From Candidatus Omnitrophota bacterium (lineage in GTDB: Bacteria; Omnitrophota; Gorgyraeia; Gygaellales; Profunditerraquicolaceae), in assembly GCA_041308845.1 (NCBI GenBank), contig JBFZAT010000022.1, forward strand, positions 2,701 through 66,700: a stretch of 64,000 bases of DNA. The letters are read 5' to 3'. Shown piece after piece: positions 39,363 through 48,987 of the stretch. Under the pieces are notes generated by a model. The model was given only the letters and a program-made list of their open reading frames with translations. It searched no databases and was not told the DNA's origin. Position 1 is the stretch's first letter; each line of letters starts with the position of its first letter. A program made the position numbers and the translations under genes.

Positions 39363-41927
39363 ATGGCCGCTAGTTTACCCCAGATCCCCGGAGCAAGAAA
39401 AAAAGGCGTTTTTTTAATTGCCTGCGAAGAGGATTTTAAGAAGCTGGATGATTATTTGATTAATGATACGGTTTGTATCGATGGTCCGTTTGCCCCGGCG
39501 CTTAAACTGGCAGAATCGATTTGTGAGAAGTATAAAGTTGGAGTGAGGCTGGTTTGGCCGCAAGCATCTTGCGGCCAACTGCCGGCGGATATTCAACTAA
39601 TTAACAGCCCGATTCAAGAAATCGTCGGAGAGGGCAGGGCGGAGGCGGTTAAATTCCAAGATGGTAAAGCCATTGGGGTGTGTTTAGTTATTTTCATGGA
39701 TAAAGCCCTGGCGGATCCGGCTGAAGAACCGGCTAGGCCTGCCCAATGGCCGCAGTTAATATTAGAGCTTGGCGCAAAAGGCGCACTGGAGGTATTAAGC
39801 CTGGCCGGTCAGGCCCTGGAAAGCGCGATTAAACAAAGAGGACCTCAGGCTAAGCTTGAATTTCCGGAAACTAATTATTTTCTACCTTTAATTTATGCTC
39901 TATTAAATATGGAAGTTAAAACTTTGCAGGATGCGGTTGGAGCTTTGGATCAGGCAAAGGCTTTAGTCAACAATCAACCTGCCTCCAGCGGTTTATTCTA
40001 TAATTTCCCGGAAGATTTATTAAATAAAGGAGTAGCGACCTTGATCTGTGAGGAGATCCTAGCCGCACTGGCTGTTGTTAATCAGCAACACCCTAATGCG
40101 GGTTCTGGTTTTATCCCGGATAAGATTTTGCGTTCACTCGGCCTGCAGCTAGTGGACGGAAGGATCGCCGGGGTGGCCGTAATTCTAGGCCCGGCTAAAG
40201 ATGAGCTCTCGGCGGTAGAATTGATTCGCGATTTTCAATCTAAAAGCATCGTTAGCCTGCTGGCGGGTAATCTGGCCGGTCAAACTTTTAGGCAACAACT
40301 GCAGAATCAAGGAATTCAATTGGGCCTGGAAAATTATATCGTGGCATTAGGGGATGACTATTTATCGGCGATTTATGCGGTTAATTTCGCGTTGCGGGCT
40401 CCTTTGATTTACGGCGGTCATAAACCCGGAGAGTGGGAGTCGATTACCGGCTATGTGCGTAATCGTGTGCCGGCATTTATTCTTTTACTTAGCCAGGTTG
40501 ATGAGCTTTTGGTGGCTACAGGCTTAGGGGGTTTAGCTTTGGGCCTGCCGATTATTACGGATTTAGAGGTGCCGGCGATCGGTAAGCTAAATACTACATT
40601 ATTCGAAGCGTTAGTGGTCCAGAAAGATTATCGTAAGCTAGTGTCTAGCTGTAGCTTGACCCGCGGGATTAAAGTAAAAATTTCCCAAGTTGCTGTTCCG
40701 TTGGCCTACGCGGCTGCTTTTGAAGGTGAGCGCGTACGCAAAGAACAGTTAGTGGTTGAATTTGGCGGCAAAGCTAGTGCAGCGATTGAATTTTTAACTT
40801 CCCAAGATGAAGCTAGCGTTACTGACGAAAGTATAGAATTAATCGGGCCGGATATTGACCAATTGTCTGAAGGGAACCGTTCTTTGCCTTTAGCGATTGC
40901 GGTGGATGTTTTTGGCCGTAAAATGCAAAAAGATTTCGAACCGATATTGGAAAGACAAATCCATCGCTTTATCAACTATGGTATGGGCCTGATGCATATG
41001 GGGCAGCGGGATATGGTCTGGATTAGAATTTCTCAGGAGGCTTATAATAAAGGTTTCCGGCTTAAACATCTGGGAATTATTTTACATGCGATGTTGCATG
41101 CTGAATATAGTGCGATTGTGGATAAAGTGCAAGTTAAGCTTTACACCCGGCAGGAAGATGTGGTTAAAATTTCACTTCAAGCCCAGCAGGTTTATGCGCA
41201 GCGCGATGAACGTTTAGCCGGCATGACTGATGAAAGCGTGGATACTTTTTACTCCTGTTTGTTGTGCCAATCTTTTGCCCCTAATCATGTTTGCGTGGTA
41301 ACCCCGGAGCGATTAGGTCTATGCGGGGCATATTCCTGGTTAGATGCTAAAGCTTCTTTTGAGATTGTTCCTAGTGGCCCGAATCAGCCTATTCCCAAAG
41401 GCATGCTTTTAGATGCCCGGCTCGGGCAATGGGATAATGTTAATGCTTTTGTGCGGCAGAAATCTAATCAAAGCATCGATGCGGTAAGCATGTATTCTAT
41501 GATGGATGGGCCGCAATCTTCTTGTGGTTGTTTTGAGTGTATTGTCGCCGTAGTTCCGGAAGCCAACGGGGTAATGCTGGTGCATCGGGATTATTCCGGG
41601 CTTACCCCTTCAGGGATGAGCTTTACCACCTTAGCCGGTTCGGTCGGTGGCGGAGTGCAGACTCCGGGTTTTTTGGGTATCGGTAAGTTATATATCTTAA
41701 GTAAAAAGTTTATTTCCGCCGAAGGTGGTTTGGTCAGAGTGGTATGGATGCCCAAAGAACTAAAAGAAATATTGGGAGATAAGTTGAAATTCCGGGCCCG
41801 CGAGATCGGGCAAGAGGATTTAATCGAAAAAATCGCTGATGAATCGATAGCTACTAGCTCCGCAGAGTTGCTGGTTTTTTTAAAACAAGTCGGGCATCCG
41901 GCATTAACCATGAGTCCGATTATTTGA
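39363..41927 (+). CDS. acsB: acetyl-CoA synthase (CO-methylating) A-cluster subunit AcsB/CdhC-type, with an N-terminal extension
   Basis: The A-cluster ligand pattern is read directly: SCLLCQSFAPNHVCVVTPERLGLCGAY (C-x2-C-x8-C-x9-C), then 66 residues later SSCGCFE (the Cys-Gly-Cys Ni site). Other AcsB blocks include YGRKMQKDFEPILERQIHRFINYG, TPGFLGIGK and HPALTM. The product is 854 aa, about 125 aa longer at the N-terminus than clostridial AcsB. Confidence 0.85.
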   Translation: MAASLPQIPGARKKGVFLIACEEDFKKLDDYLINDTVCIDGPFAPALKLAESICEKYKVGVRLVWPQASCGQLPADIQLINSPIQEIVGEGRAEAVKFQDGKAIGVCLVIFMDKALADPAEEPARPAQWPQLILELGAKGALEVLSLAGQALESAIKQRGPQAKLEFPETNYFLPLIYALLNMEVKTLQDAVGALDQAKALVNNQPASSGLFYNFPEDLLNKGVATLICEEILAALAVVNQQHPNAGSGFIPDKILRSLGLQLVDGRIAGVAVILGPAKDELSAVELIRDFQSKSIVSLLAGNLAGQTFRQQLQNQGIQLGLENYIVALGDDYLSAIYAVNFALRAPLIYGGHKPGEWESITGYVRNRVPAFILLLSQVDELLVATGLGGLALGLPIITDLEVPAIGKLNTTLFEALVVQKDYRKLVSSCSLTRGIKVKISQVAVPLAYAAAFEGERVRKEQLVVEFGGKASAAIEFLTSQDEASVTDESIELIGPDIDQLSEGNRSLPLAIAVDVFGRKMQKDFEPILERQIHRFINYGMGLMHMGQRDMVWIRISQEAYNKGFRLKHLGIILHAMLHAEYSAIVDKVQVKLYTRQEDVVKISLQAQQVYAQRDERLAGMTDESVDTFYSCLLCQSFAPNHVCVVTPERLGLCGAYSWLDAKASFEIVPSGPNQPIPKGMLLDARLGQWDNVNAFVRQKSNQSIDAVSMYSMMDGPQSSCGCFECIVAVVPEANGVMLVHRDYSGLTPSGMSFTTLAGSVGGGVQTPGFLGIGKLYILSKKFISAEGGLVRVVWMPKELKEILGDKLKFRAREIGQEDLIEKIADESIATSSAELLVFLKQVGHPALTMSPII

Positions 41928-41937
41928 AAAAAGATCC

Positions 41938-41965
41938 TTGACGTGGAGAGTTTAATGTATATAAT
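41938..41965 (+). promoter_or_regulatory. candidate sigma70-type promoter (TTGACG-16 nt-TATAAT) upstream of the TPR protein gene
   Basis: A -35 hexamer at 41938-41943 and a consensus -10 hexamer at 41960-41965 lie in the 51-bp gap after acsB. The ATG is at 41979. Confidence 0.4.
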
Positions 41966-41978
41966 AATTACCAGATAA

Positions 41979-42737
41979 ATGAATAACCGTCTCCCGCCTA
42001 AATTCATAATTACTGCAATTGCAATATTATATGTTCTTGGTCTTGCCGGGTTGGTTTTTGCTCAAGAACGTAATGGTTCTGCTTTAGCTGAGGATATTTC
42101 TGATGTAAAGCAGCAACAGGCCGAAAAATACCGGGAGTCAGGATTAGAGTATCAGCGTTCGGGAAATTTGGCCGAAGCCTTAAGTTTCTATCAGAAAGCC
42201 ATTTTTTTATACCCTAATTTTGCTCTGGTTTATAATGATCTCGGGGTAGTTTATGAAGCTCTGGGTGCTTTTGACCGGGCAGAGGAAAATTATTTAAATT
42301 CTATTAAAATTAATTCGACTTATGCCGGGGTCTATACGAATTTAGCGCTATTTTATGAAAATCAGCGTAATTTAGAGAAGGCGGCATTCTATTGGAATAA
42401 ACGCGCAGCTTTAGGCCCAGCTTGTGATCCTTGGAGGCAAAAAGCCGCTAACCGGCTGCGAGATATCCGCAGGTCTTTATCGGCTAATCCTTTAGCCGAT
42501 GAAAGAGAAGAAGAAGTTTTAGATTTAATGAAAAGTATTGCTGGCGATGAAACCCGGCTTAATAAGATTGATGAAAATCCTGCCCAGAGAAGCTTTAGAA
42601 AAGCCAAGTTAAGTTTTGATAGAGGAGATATTACCGCAGCGGTTAAAGAAGCATTGGATGCCCAGTATTTAGATCCAAATAATCCGGAGATCGAAGCTTT
42701 TATCGAGAAAGCAGGGTTAAGGGCCCTGACTCGGTAG
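41979..42737 (+). CDS. secreted tetratricopeptide-repeat (TPR) protein
   Basis: A signal peptide is followed by 3-4 TPR units (AEALSFYQKAIFLYPNFALVYNDLGVVYEALGAFDRAEENYLNSIKIN...). Confidence 0.6.
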   Translation: MNNRLPPKFIITAIAILYVLGLAGLVFAQERNGSALAEDISDVKQQQAEKYRESGLEYQRSGNLAEALSFYQKAIFLYPNFALVYNDLGVVYEALGAFDRAEENYLNSIKINSTYAGVYTNLALFYENQRNLEKAAFYWNKRAALGPACDPWRQKAANRLRDIRRSLSANPLADEREEEVLDLMKSIAGDETRLNKIDENPAQRSFRKAKLSFDRGDITAAVKEALDAQYLDPNNPEIEAFIEKAGLRALTR

Positions 42738-42788
42738 AAACGTACCGCAAAAACATCTTTCCTTACATTGAATTCCATAAATATTTAA

Positions 42789-45347
42789 TTGATGGCTGGA
42801 AAAAAAATATTCTTGATTGACGCTACGGCCTTTTGTTATAGGGCTTATTATGCTTTAAGCGGCTTGAGTACTTCCGGCGGGCAGAAGACTAATGCGGTTT
42901 ACGGATTTATTAATATTCTGAAAAAGATCTTGAAAGAGCAACAACCGGATTATTTGGTTTGTTGTTTTGATCTTTCGCGGGAGACTTTTCGGCAAAAGAA
43001 ATTTCCGCAATATAAAGAGCAACGGCCGCCGATGCCAGATGAATTAATCAGCCAGATTCCTTTGATCAAAGAAGTAATTGTTGCTTACGGGGTTCCGATT
43101 TTTGAAAAAGAGGGATTTGAAGCCGATGATCTTATTGCCCAACTGGCTAAACAAGCTGCGGGCAGGTCTTTATTGGTAACTATTGTCAGCAACGATAAAG
43201 ATATTTTACAATTGGTAGATCGGCGTATCCGGGTCTTCAGCCCGCATAAAGACGGTGGCGTGCTTTATGATGCGGCTAAGGTTAAGGAGCGTTTCGGGGT
43301 CGCTCCGAAGTTGATCGTAGATATTATTGCTTTGATGGGTGATGCTGCGGATAATCTTCCCGGGGTCCCCGGCATCGGTGATAAAACGGCCAGTAAGTTA
43401 ATTTTGGAATTTGGATCACTAGAAGGATTATTTAAAAATATTTCCCAAGTAAAACCTGAGAAAGTAAAAGCGATGATTTTAGAGCATCAAGAGCGCATAA
43501 AATTAAACCGCGAGTTAATTACTCTGGATCAAGAAATGACCCTGGATTTGGATCTAAAAAAAGCGAAAACCGGGCAGCCGGATTACGACCGGTTAGCCAG
43601 TATTTTTAAAAGACTGGAATTTAAAAAGTTATTGGCGGAGTTACCAGTTATGGAGCAGAAGCCTTCCGGCGGCGGATTATCTGTTGGCAGCCAAGCGGAA
43701 TTAGCTGATCTCTTAGATAGCTGCCAGGAGGTTGTCCTTTATGGCTCTTCGGTGGAGGATTTATTCTTTGCTATTGAGGGCAGATTTTTTAGTCTCCAGG
43801 CAGCTCCACAGCAGTTGGCTGCGGTAATTTCCGATCTGCAGATCAAAAAGACCGGGCATGATCTAAAAAAACTAAAAACTTCTCTTTTTAAACAAGGGCT
43901 GGTTTTGAACAATCTGGATTTTGATGTTATGATCGCCGCCTATCTGTTAAATCCTTCCCGCACAAGCTATGCCCTGGAGGATTTAGCGTTGGAGTATCTG
44001 GGGGAATTTATCCGCCGGGGATCTTTAACCGGCCAAGCCGCTCTGGCTTTGGTGGTTAGATTAAAACCGGTACTTAAGCAGGCTTTGGAGGATAAAGAAT
44101 TAAGTAAGTTATTTTTCGATCTGGAAATGCCCTTAGTGCATATTTTAGCTTTGATGGAACAAGACGGGATAGGTTTAGATGTGGGATTGCTTGAGGAGTT
44201 AGACCGAGAAATCGAGCAGCGACTCATTAAATTAATTTCAGATATCTATGCGGCCAGCGGGACTCAATTTAATATTAATTCGCCAAAACAATTAGGCCAG
44301 GTTTTATTCGAAAAACTAAACTTGCCGGTAATTAAAAAAACTAAAACCGGCCCATCTACAGACGAAGAAGTATTAAAACGACTCAGTGGAAAGCACGCTT
44401 TACCGCCGCTGCTTTTGGAATACCGGCAGTTGACCAAATTAAAGAATACTTATGTCGATGCCCTGCCAAAATTAGTCGATCCGTCTACTGGCAGGGTGCA
44501 TACTTCTTTTAACCAGACCGGCACGGAGACTGGCAGGTTAAGTTCAAGTAACCCTAATTTACAGAATATTCCGATTAAAACCGATATCGGCGCTAAAATC
44601 CGCCAGGCGATTATTGCGGCGGGAAAAGATTATTGCTTGCTTTCCTGCGACTATTCGCAGATTGAATTAAGGGTGTTGGCGCATTTAAGTGCGGATCAGG
44701 CGTTAATCACTGCTTTTACCCATAACCAGGATATTCATCGCTTGACCGCTTCATTGATTCATAATCTTCCTGAATCACAGGTTGGGCCTCAGATGCGCGA
44801 GGTAGCCAAAAGAGTTAACTTTGGCATTATCTATGGCCAGAGTGCATACGGTTTAAGTAAGGATCTGGATATTTCTGTAAATCAGGCTCAGGATTTCATC
44901 GATGCTTATTTCTTACGTTACCCTAGAGTAAAAGATTATATTGATGCGCAGATTAAAAAAGCACAAAAGCAGGGTTTTGTAACTACCCTTTTGGGGAGAA
45001 GAAGATATATCCCCGAAATTAATAATAAAAATATGGGGTTGCGGCAGTTTGCTCAACGTCAAGCCGTAAATGCCCCTATCCAGGGGACGGCCAGCGATTT
45101 GATTAAACTGGCGATGATTAAGATTGCTGCAGAAATCAAGCTCAAGCAGTTAAAGGCTAAGATGATTTTGCAAATTCATGATGAACTAGTTTTTGATTTG
45201 CCAATTCCGGAATTAAATATGCTTACCGGATTGGTTAAACAAGAAATGGAGAACGTTATGAAACTGGCCGTGCCGATAAAAGTAGATATGAAAAAAGGGG
45301 TTAATTGGCTGGAGATGAATGCTTTGGCCATTCAGGAGTTAAACTGA
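42789..45347 (+). CDS. polA: DNA polymerase I (5'-3' exonuclease plus polymerase, with an apparently degenerate 3'-5' exonuclease domain)
   Basis: A 5' nuclease N-domain (FLIDATAFCYRAYYA) and polymerase motifs A (DYSQIELR), B (RQAVNAPIQGTASDL) and C (QIHDELVF) are present. The product is 852 aa, and the Exo I DxE block is not recognisable. Confidence 0.9.
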   Translation: MMAGKKIFLIDATAFCYRAYYALSGLSTSGGQKTNAVYGFINILKKILKEQQPDYLVCCFDLSRETFRQKKFPQYKEQRPPMPDELISQIPLIKEVIVAYGVPIFEKEGFEADDLIAQLAKQAAGRSLLVTIVSNDKDILQLVDRRIRVFSPHKDGGVLYDAAKVKERFGVAPKLIVDIIALMGDAADNLPGVPGIGDKTASKLILEFGSLEGLFKNISQVKPEKVKAMILEHQERIKLNRELITLDQEMTLDLDLKKAKTGQPDYDRLASIFKRLEFKKLLAELPVMEQKPSGGGLSVGSQAELADLLDSCQEVVLYGSSVEDLFFAIEGRFFSLQAAPQQLAAVISDLQIKKTGHDLKKLKTSLFKQGLVLNNLDFDVMIAAYLLNPSRTSYALEDLALEYLGEFIRRGSLTGQAALALVVRLKPVLKQALEDKELSKLFFDLEMPLVHILALMEQDGIGLDVGLLEELDREIEQRLIKLISDIYAASGTQFNINSPKQLGQVLFEKLNLPVIKKTKTGPSTDEEVLKRLSGKHALPPLLLEYRQLTKLKNTYVDALPKLVDPSTGRVHTSFNQTGTETGRLSSSNPNLQNIPIKTDIGAKIRQAIIAAGKDYCLLSCDYSQIELRVLAHLSADQALITAFTHNQDIHRLTASLIHNLPESQVGPQMREVAKRVNFGIIYGQSAYGLSKDLDISVNQAQDFIDAYFLRYPRVKDYIDAQIKKAQKQGFVTTLLGRRRYIPEINNKNMGLRQFAQRQAVNAPIQGTASDLIKLAMIKIAAEIKLKQLKAKMILQIHDELVFDLPIPELNMLTGLVKQEMENVMKLAVPIKVDMKKGVNWLEMNALAIQELN

Positions 45348-46735
45348 TGAAAATAGCGATGGTGGCTTCGGAAGTTGTGCCTTTTGCTAAAACCGGCGGC
45401 CTGGCGGATGTCGCCGGAGCCCTGCCTTTAGCCTTGGAGTATTGCGGCCATGAAATAATCGTGATTATGCCTGCTTATAAATGCATTATGGAGGCGAAAT
45501 TAAAGATTAGCCGGGTTTCCCGGGAGGTCACTACTGCGCTCGTTGGGAAAAATATCAGGGTTTTCTTTATTGAAAATAAAGACTACTTTAACCGGGAAGG
45601 TTTGTACGGAGATAAGCACGGGGATTATCCGGATAACCTGGAACGTTTCGCCTTTTTTTGCCGTCGCGGATTAGATTTATTAAAAGAAATAGATTTTCCA
45701 CCGGATATTTTACATTTACACGACTGGCAAGCTAGTTTAATGGCGGCTTACTTAAAGAATCTGTATATTCAACAGAGTTTTTATAGCCGGATAAGGAGTA
45801 TCTTGACTCTGCATAATGTTGGTTATCAAGGGGTTTTTGCCAAGGAAGAGTTTCCTAAGCTTGGCTTAGACTGGGGTCTTTTTGATATTGATGGTTTTGA
45901 ATTCTATAATAAGATTAATTTATTAAAAGCGGGGATCGTCTTTGCGGATTTTATTACTACGGTCAGCTCAACTTATGCCAATGAAATCCAGACCCGGGAG
46001 CTAGGTTTCGGTTTAGATGGACTGCTCAGGTTGAGAAAAGATGCTCTAGGGGGGATATTAAATGGAGTAGATTATTCTGTTTGGGATCCTAATACGGATA
46101 AATTCATCATGCAGAATTTCTCCCGGGCTAATTTGGAATATAAAGTTTTTAATAAGCAAGATTTGCAGAAAGTTTGCGGGTTAGCGGAGAATAGTGAGAT
46201 TCCTGTTTTGGGGATGGTTTCCCGGCTGGCTGAACAAAAAGGATTAGATATTTTGGTGGAAGGCCTGGATGATTTAATGCGCCAGGATGTACAATTAGTT
46301 ATCTTAGGAGCCGGGGATTTAAAATATCAGGATAGTTTAAAGGAGGCGGCGGCCAAATACCCAAAGGCTCTTTCGTTGAATCTAAAATTTGACGATCCTC
46401 TAGCGCATAAGATCTATGCCGGTAGTGATATCTTTCTGATGCCTTCGAAATATGAGCCTTGCGGTTTAGGGCAATTAATCAGTTTACATTATGGGACGAT
46501 CCCGTTAGTTTTTAAAACTGGAGGTCTGGCGGATACGATTAACCACAATAACGGTTTTATGTTTAACCGCTATACTAAAGAAGATTTAATCAAGTTAATT
46601 AATAAGGCTATCCTGGTATTCAAGAATAAAAAGAAATGGACAACTTTGATGAATAATGCTATGGAATGTAATTTTTCCTGGAAAGTTTCAGCGGATAAAT
46701 ATCTTCAGTTATATGCAAAAGTCAAGAAAAGCTAA
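45346..46735 (+). CDS. glgA: glycogen synthase (GT5 family)
   Basis: MKIAMVASEVVPFAKTGGLADV contains the KTGGL ADP-glucose site. The start ATG overlaps the polA stop (TGATG). The ORF-track start at 45305 lies upstream inside polA. Confidence 0.85.
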
Positions 46736-47321
46736 ATTTATTCTAGGAGTTACCGGGAATATCGGCTGCGGTAAAAGCACGGTTGCCGGGATGTTTAAAA
46801 CCAAAGATTGCCTGTTAATCGATACGGATAAGCTGGCCCACCGATTATTGTCTGCGGGTAGCCAGGTGTATGAAAAAATCAAAAAATATTTCGGTCCACA
46901 GGTTCTTAGAGGCAACCATTGTGTTGACCGGAAGAAATTAGCAGAAATTGTCTTTAACGATCGGAAAGCTTTAGCTGCGTTAAATCGCATTGTTCATCCG
47001 GAATTGATCCGCCAGATCAAACAACGTATCCGTAATACCGAAAAAAGAATTATTATTCTGGATGCCGCATTGATCGTGGAGGCAGGATTAACTAAGCTGG
47101 TGGATAAGTTAGTGGTAGTCACCGCCGCCAGCCAACAGCAACTGCGGCGCAGCCAAAAGCGGTTAGGTTTGAACAGCAACCAGGTTGCCCAGAGAATGAA
47201 ATCTCAGATTTCGCAAAAGGTCCAGTTAGGTTTTGCGGATTTTATCATAGATAATCGTGGTCAGTTAAGTCAAATTCAGGAACAAGTTTCTAAAATACGG
47301 AGGCAGTTGTGGAAAAGTTAG
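46713..47321 (+). CDS. coaE: dephospho-CoA kinase
   Basis: The P-loop [14 protein letters not shown] is present. The ATG at 46713 lies 23 nt inside the glgA 3' end in another frame. Confidence 0.8.
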   Translation: MQKSRKAKFILGVTGNIGCGKSTVAGMFKTKDCLLIDTDKLAHRLLSAGSQVYEKIKKYFGPQVLRGNHCVDRKKLAEIVFNDRKALAALNRIVHPELIRQIKQRIRNTEKRIIILDAALIVEAGLTKLVDKLVVVTAASQQQLRRSQKRLGLNSNQVAQRMKSQISQKVQLGFADFIIDNRGQLSQIQEQVSKIRRQLWKS

Positions 47322-48568
47322 ATATTAAGAATCTTAAAGATATGAAAATTAGTGAATTAAACAAGCTGGCTAAGGAATTAAATGCCAGTGGAATCAGCGG
47401 TTTGAAAAAGCAGGACTTGATTTTTAAAATATTGCAGGCCCAGGCGGAAAAGGAAGGGTTAATGTTCGGAGAAGGAGTATTGGAGATCCTGTCTGAGGGC
47501 TTTGGTTTCTTGCGCAGCCCGAACTACAATTATCTACCCTGCCCGGATGATATCTATATTTCGCCTTCGCAAATTAGAAAATTTGAATTACGTACTGGAG
47601 ATACGGTTAGCGGTCAGATCCGTCCTCCCAAAGAAGGGGAAAAATATTTCGCTTTGCTTAAAGTGGAAGCAGTGAATTTCGAAAATCCCGAAGAAGTAAA
47701 GGAAAAAGTGCTTTTTGACAATCTGACTCCGGTATATCCGCGTGAACCGTTTAACATGGAAACCAAGCCGGATGAATTATCTATGAGGATCATGGGGTTG
47801 CTTACTCCTATTGGCAAAGGCCAGCGCGGTTTGATTGTCGCTCAACCCTATAGCGGTAAGACTGTTTTGTTGCAAAAGATTGCCAACGCGATTACCAGCA
47901 ACAATCCAGATGTTATTCTGATTGTTCTATTGATCGACGAGCGGCCAGAAGAAGTTACGGATATGCAGCGTAATGTGAAGGGAGAGGTGATTTCATCTAC
48001 TTTTGATGAACCGCCGGAACGTCATGTACAGGTGGCGGAGATAGTTTTAGAGAAAGCTAAGCGCCTGGTGGAACATAAACGCGATGTAGTAGTGTTGTTA
48101 GACAGTATTACCCGCCTGGCCCGGGCTTATAATTCTGTGGTCCCGCATAGCGGTAAGGTTCTTTCCGGAGGCATCGATTCCAACGCCTTGCAAAAACCTA
48201 AGCGATTTTTCGGAGCGGCGCGGGCAGTAGACGAAGGGGGAAGTTTGACCATTATCGCAACTGCTTTAGTGGATACGGGCAGCCGGATGGATGAAGTTAT
48301 TTTCGAAGAGTTTAAAGGTACCGGGAATATGGAAACTCAGCTGGACCGTAATCTATTCCAGCGCAGGATCTATCCAGCGATTGATATCAAACGTTCGAAT
48401 ACCCGTCATGAAGAACTGCTGGTGAAGCCGGATGTGTTATCTAAAACCTGGATTCTGAGGAAAGTTTTGAATGAGTTGAATAACGTAGAAGCAATGGAGT
48501 TGCTCATTGAGAAGCTAGGCAAAACTAAGAATAATGAAGAATTCTTAAATAGTATGAATCAAAAATAA
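47309..48568 (+). CDS. rho: transcription termination factor Rho
   Basis: It has the N-terminal domain ([11 protein letters not shown]), a cold-shock-like RNA-binding domain, Walker [10 protein letters not shown] and the RecA-like core. It has a GTG start. Confidence 0.9.
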   Translation: MEKLDIKNLKDMKISELNKLAKELNASGISGLKKQDLIFKILQAQAEKEGLMFGEGVLEILSEGFGFLRSPNYNYLPCPDDIYISPSQIRKFELRTGDTVSGQIRPPKEGEKYFALLKVEAVNFENPEEVKEKVLFDNLTPVYPREPFNMETKPDELSMRIMGLLTPIGKGQRGLIVAQPYSGKTVLLQKIANAITSNNPDVILIVLLIDERPEEVTDMQRNVKGEVISSTFDEPPERHVQVAEIVLEKAKRLVEHKRDVVVLLDSITRLARAYNSVVPHSGKVLSGGIDSNALQKPKRFFGAARAVDEGGSLTIIATALVDTGSRMDEVIFEEFKGTGNMETQLDRNLFQRRIYPAIDIKRSNTRHEELLVKPDVLSKTWILRKVLNELNNVEAMELLIEKLGKTKNNEEFLNSMNQK

Positions 48569-48681
48569 ATCAATCAGCGATTGCAGTGGGAATGGACTGC
48601 TTTATGCCAGCGGCAAAGCGGAGCCGGCGTTAATAACGGAAAAATTAAATATTAATTAAATTAAAAGAAGGGAGTAAACTG

Positions 48682-48882
48682 ATGAAAGAGAAAATACATC
48701 CTAATTACAAAGAGAGTACGATTGTTTGTGCTTGCGGGGAGACGGTGCATACCCGTTCCACCAAACCTAGTATCCGGGTTGAAATTTGTTCAAAGTGCCA
48801 TCCTTTTTTTACCGGCAAACAAAAACTCGTGGATTCTGCCGGGCGGGTGGATAAGTTCGTTAAAAAATATGCCAAGAAGTAA
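48682..48882 (+). CDS. rpmE: 50S ribosomal protein L31 (Zn-ribbon type)
   Basis: A 66-aa product MKEKIHPNY...CACGE...[10 protein letters not shown] carries the four zinc-ribbon cysteines. Confidence 0.9.
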   Translation: MKEKIHPNYKESTIVCACGETVHTRSTKPSIRVEICSKCHPFFTGKQKLVDSAGRVDKFVKKYAKK

Positions 48883-48987
48883 ATGAGGATTAAGGCCGTT
48901 TCAACAGCTAGCGCTCGGCGAATTTATCTGCGCTTTTATCCCCTAAGCTAGAGCGGGCTAAAGATATACTGATAGGATATTAGCTTT

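Noticed and set aside
45305-45345. Longer glgA start (MAGDECFGHSGVKL...) overlapping the polA C-terminus
   Set aside because: The canonical GlgA N-terminus MKIAMV...KTGGL begins at the ATG overlapping the polA stop. The extension adds non-homologous residues inside polA.
48883-48987. Imperfect GCTAGCGCTCGGCG / GCTAGAGCGGGCTA repeat and AGCGC...GCGCT hairpin between rpmE and prfA, considered as a terminator or small RNA
   Set aside because: The stem is only 5 bp with a 15-nt loop and a weak T-run, and it is too short and unstructured for a tRNA. I did not call it a feature.
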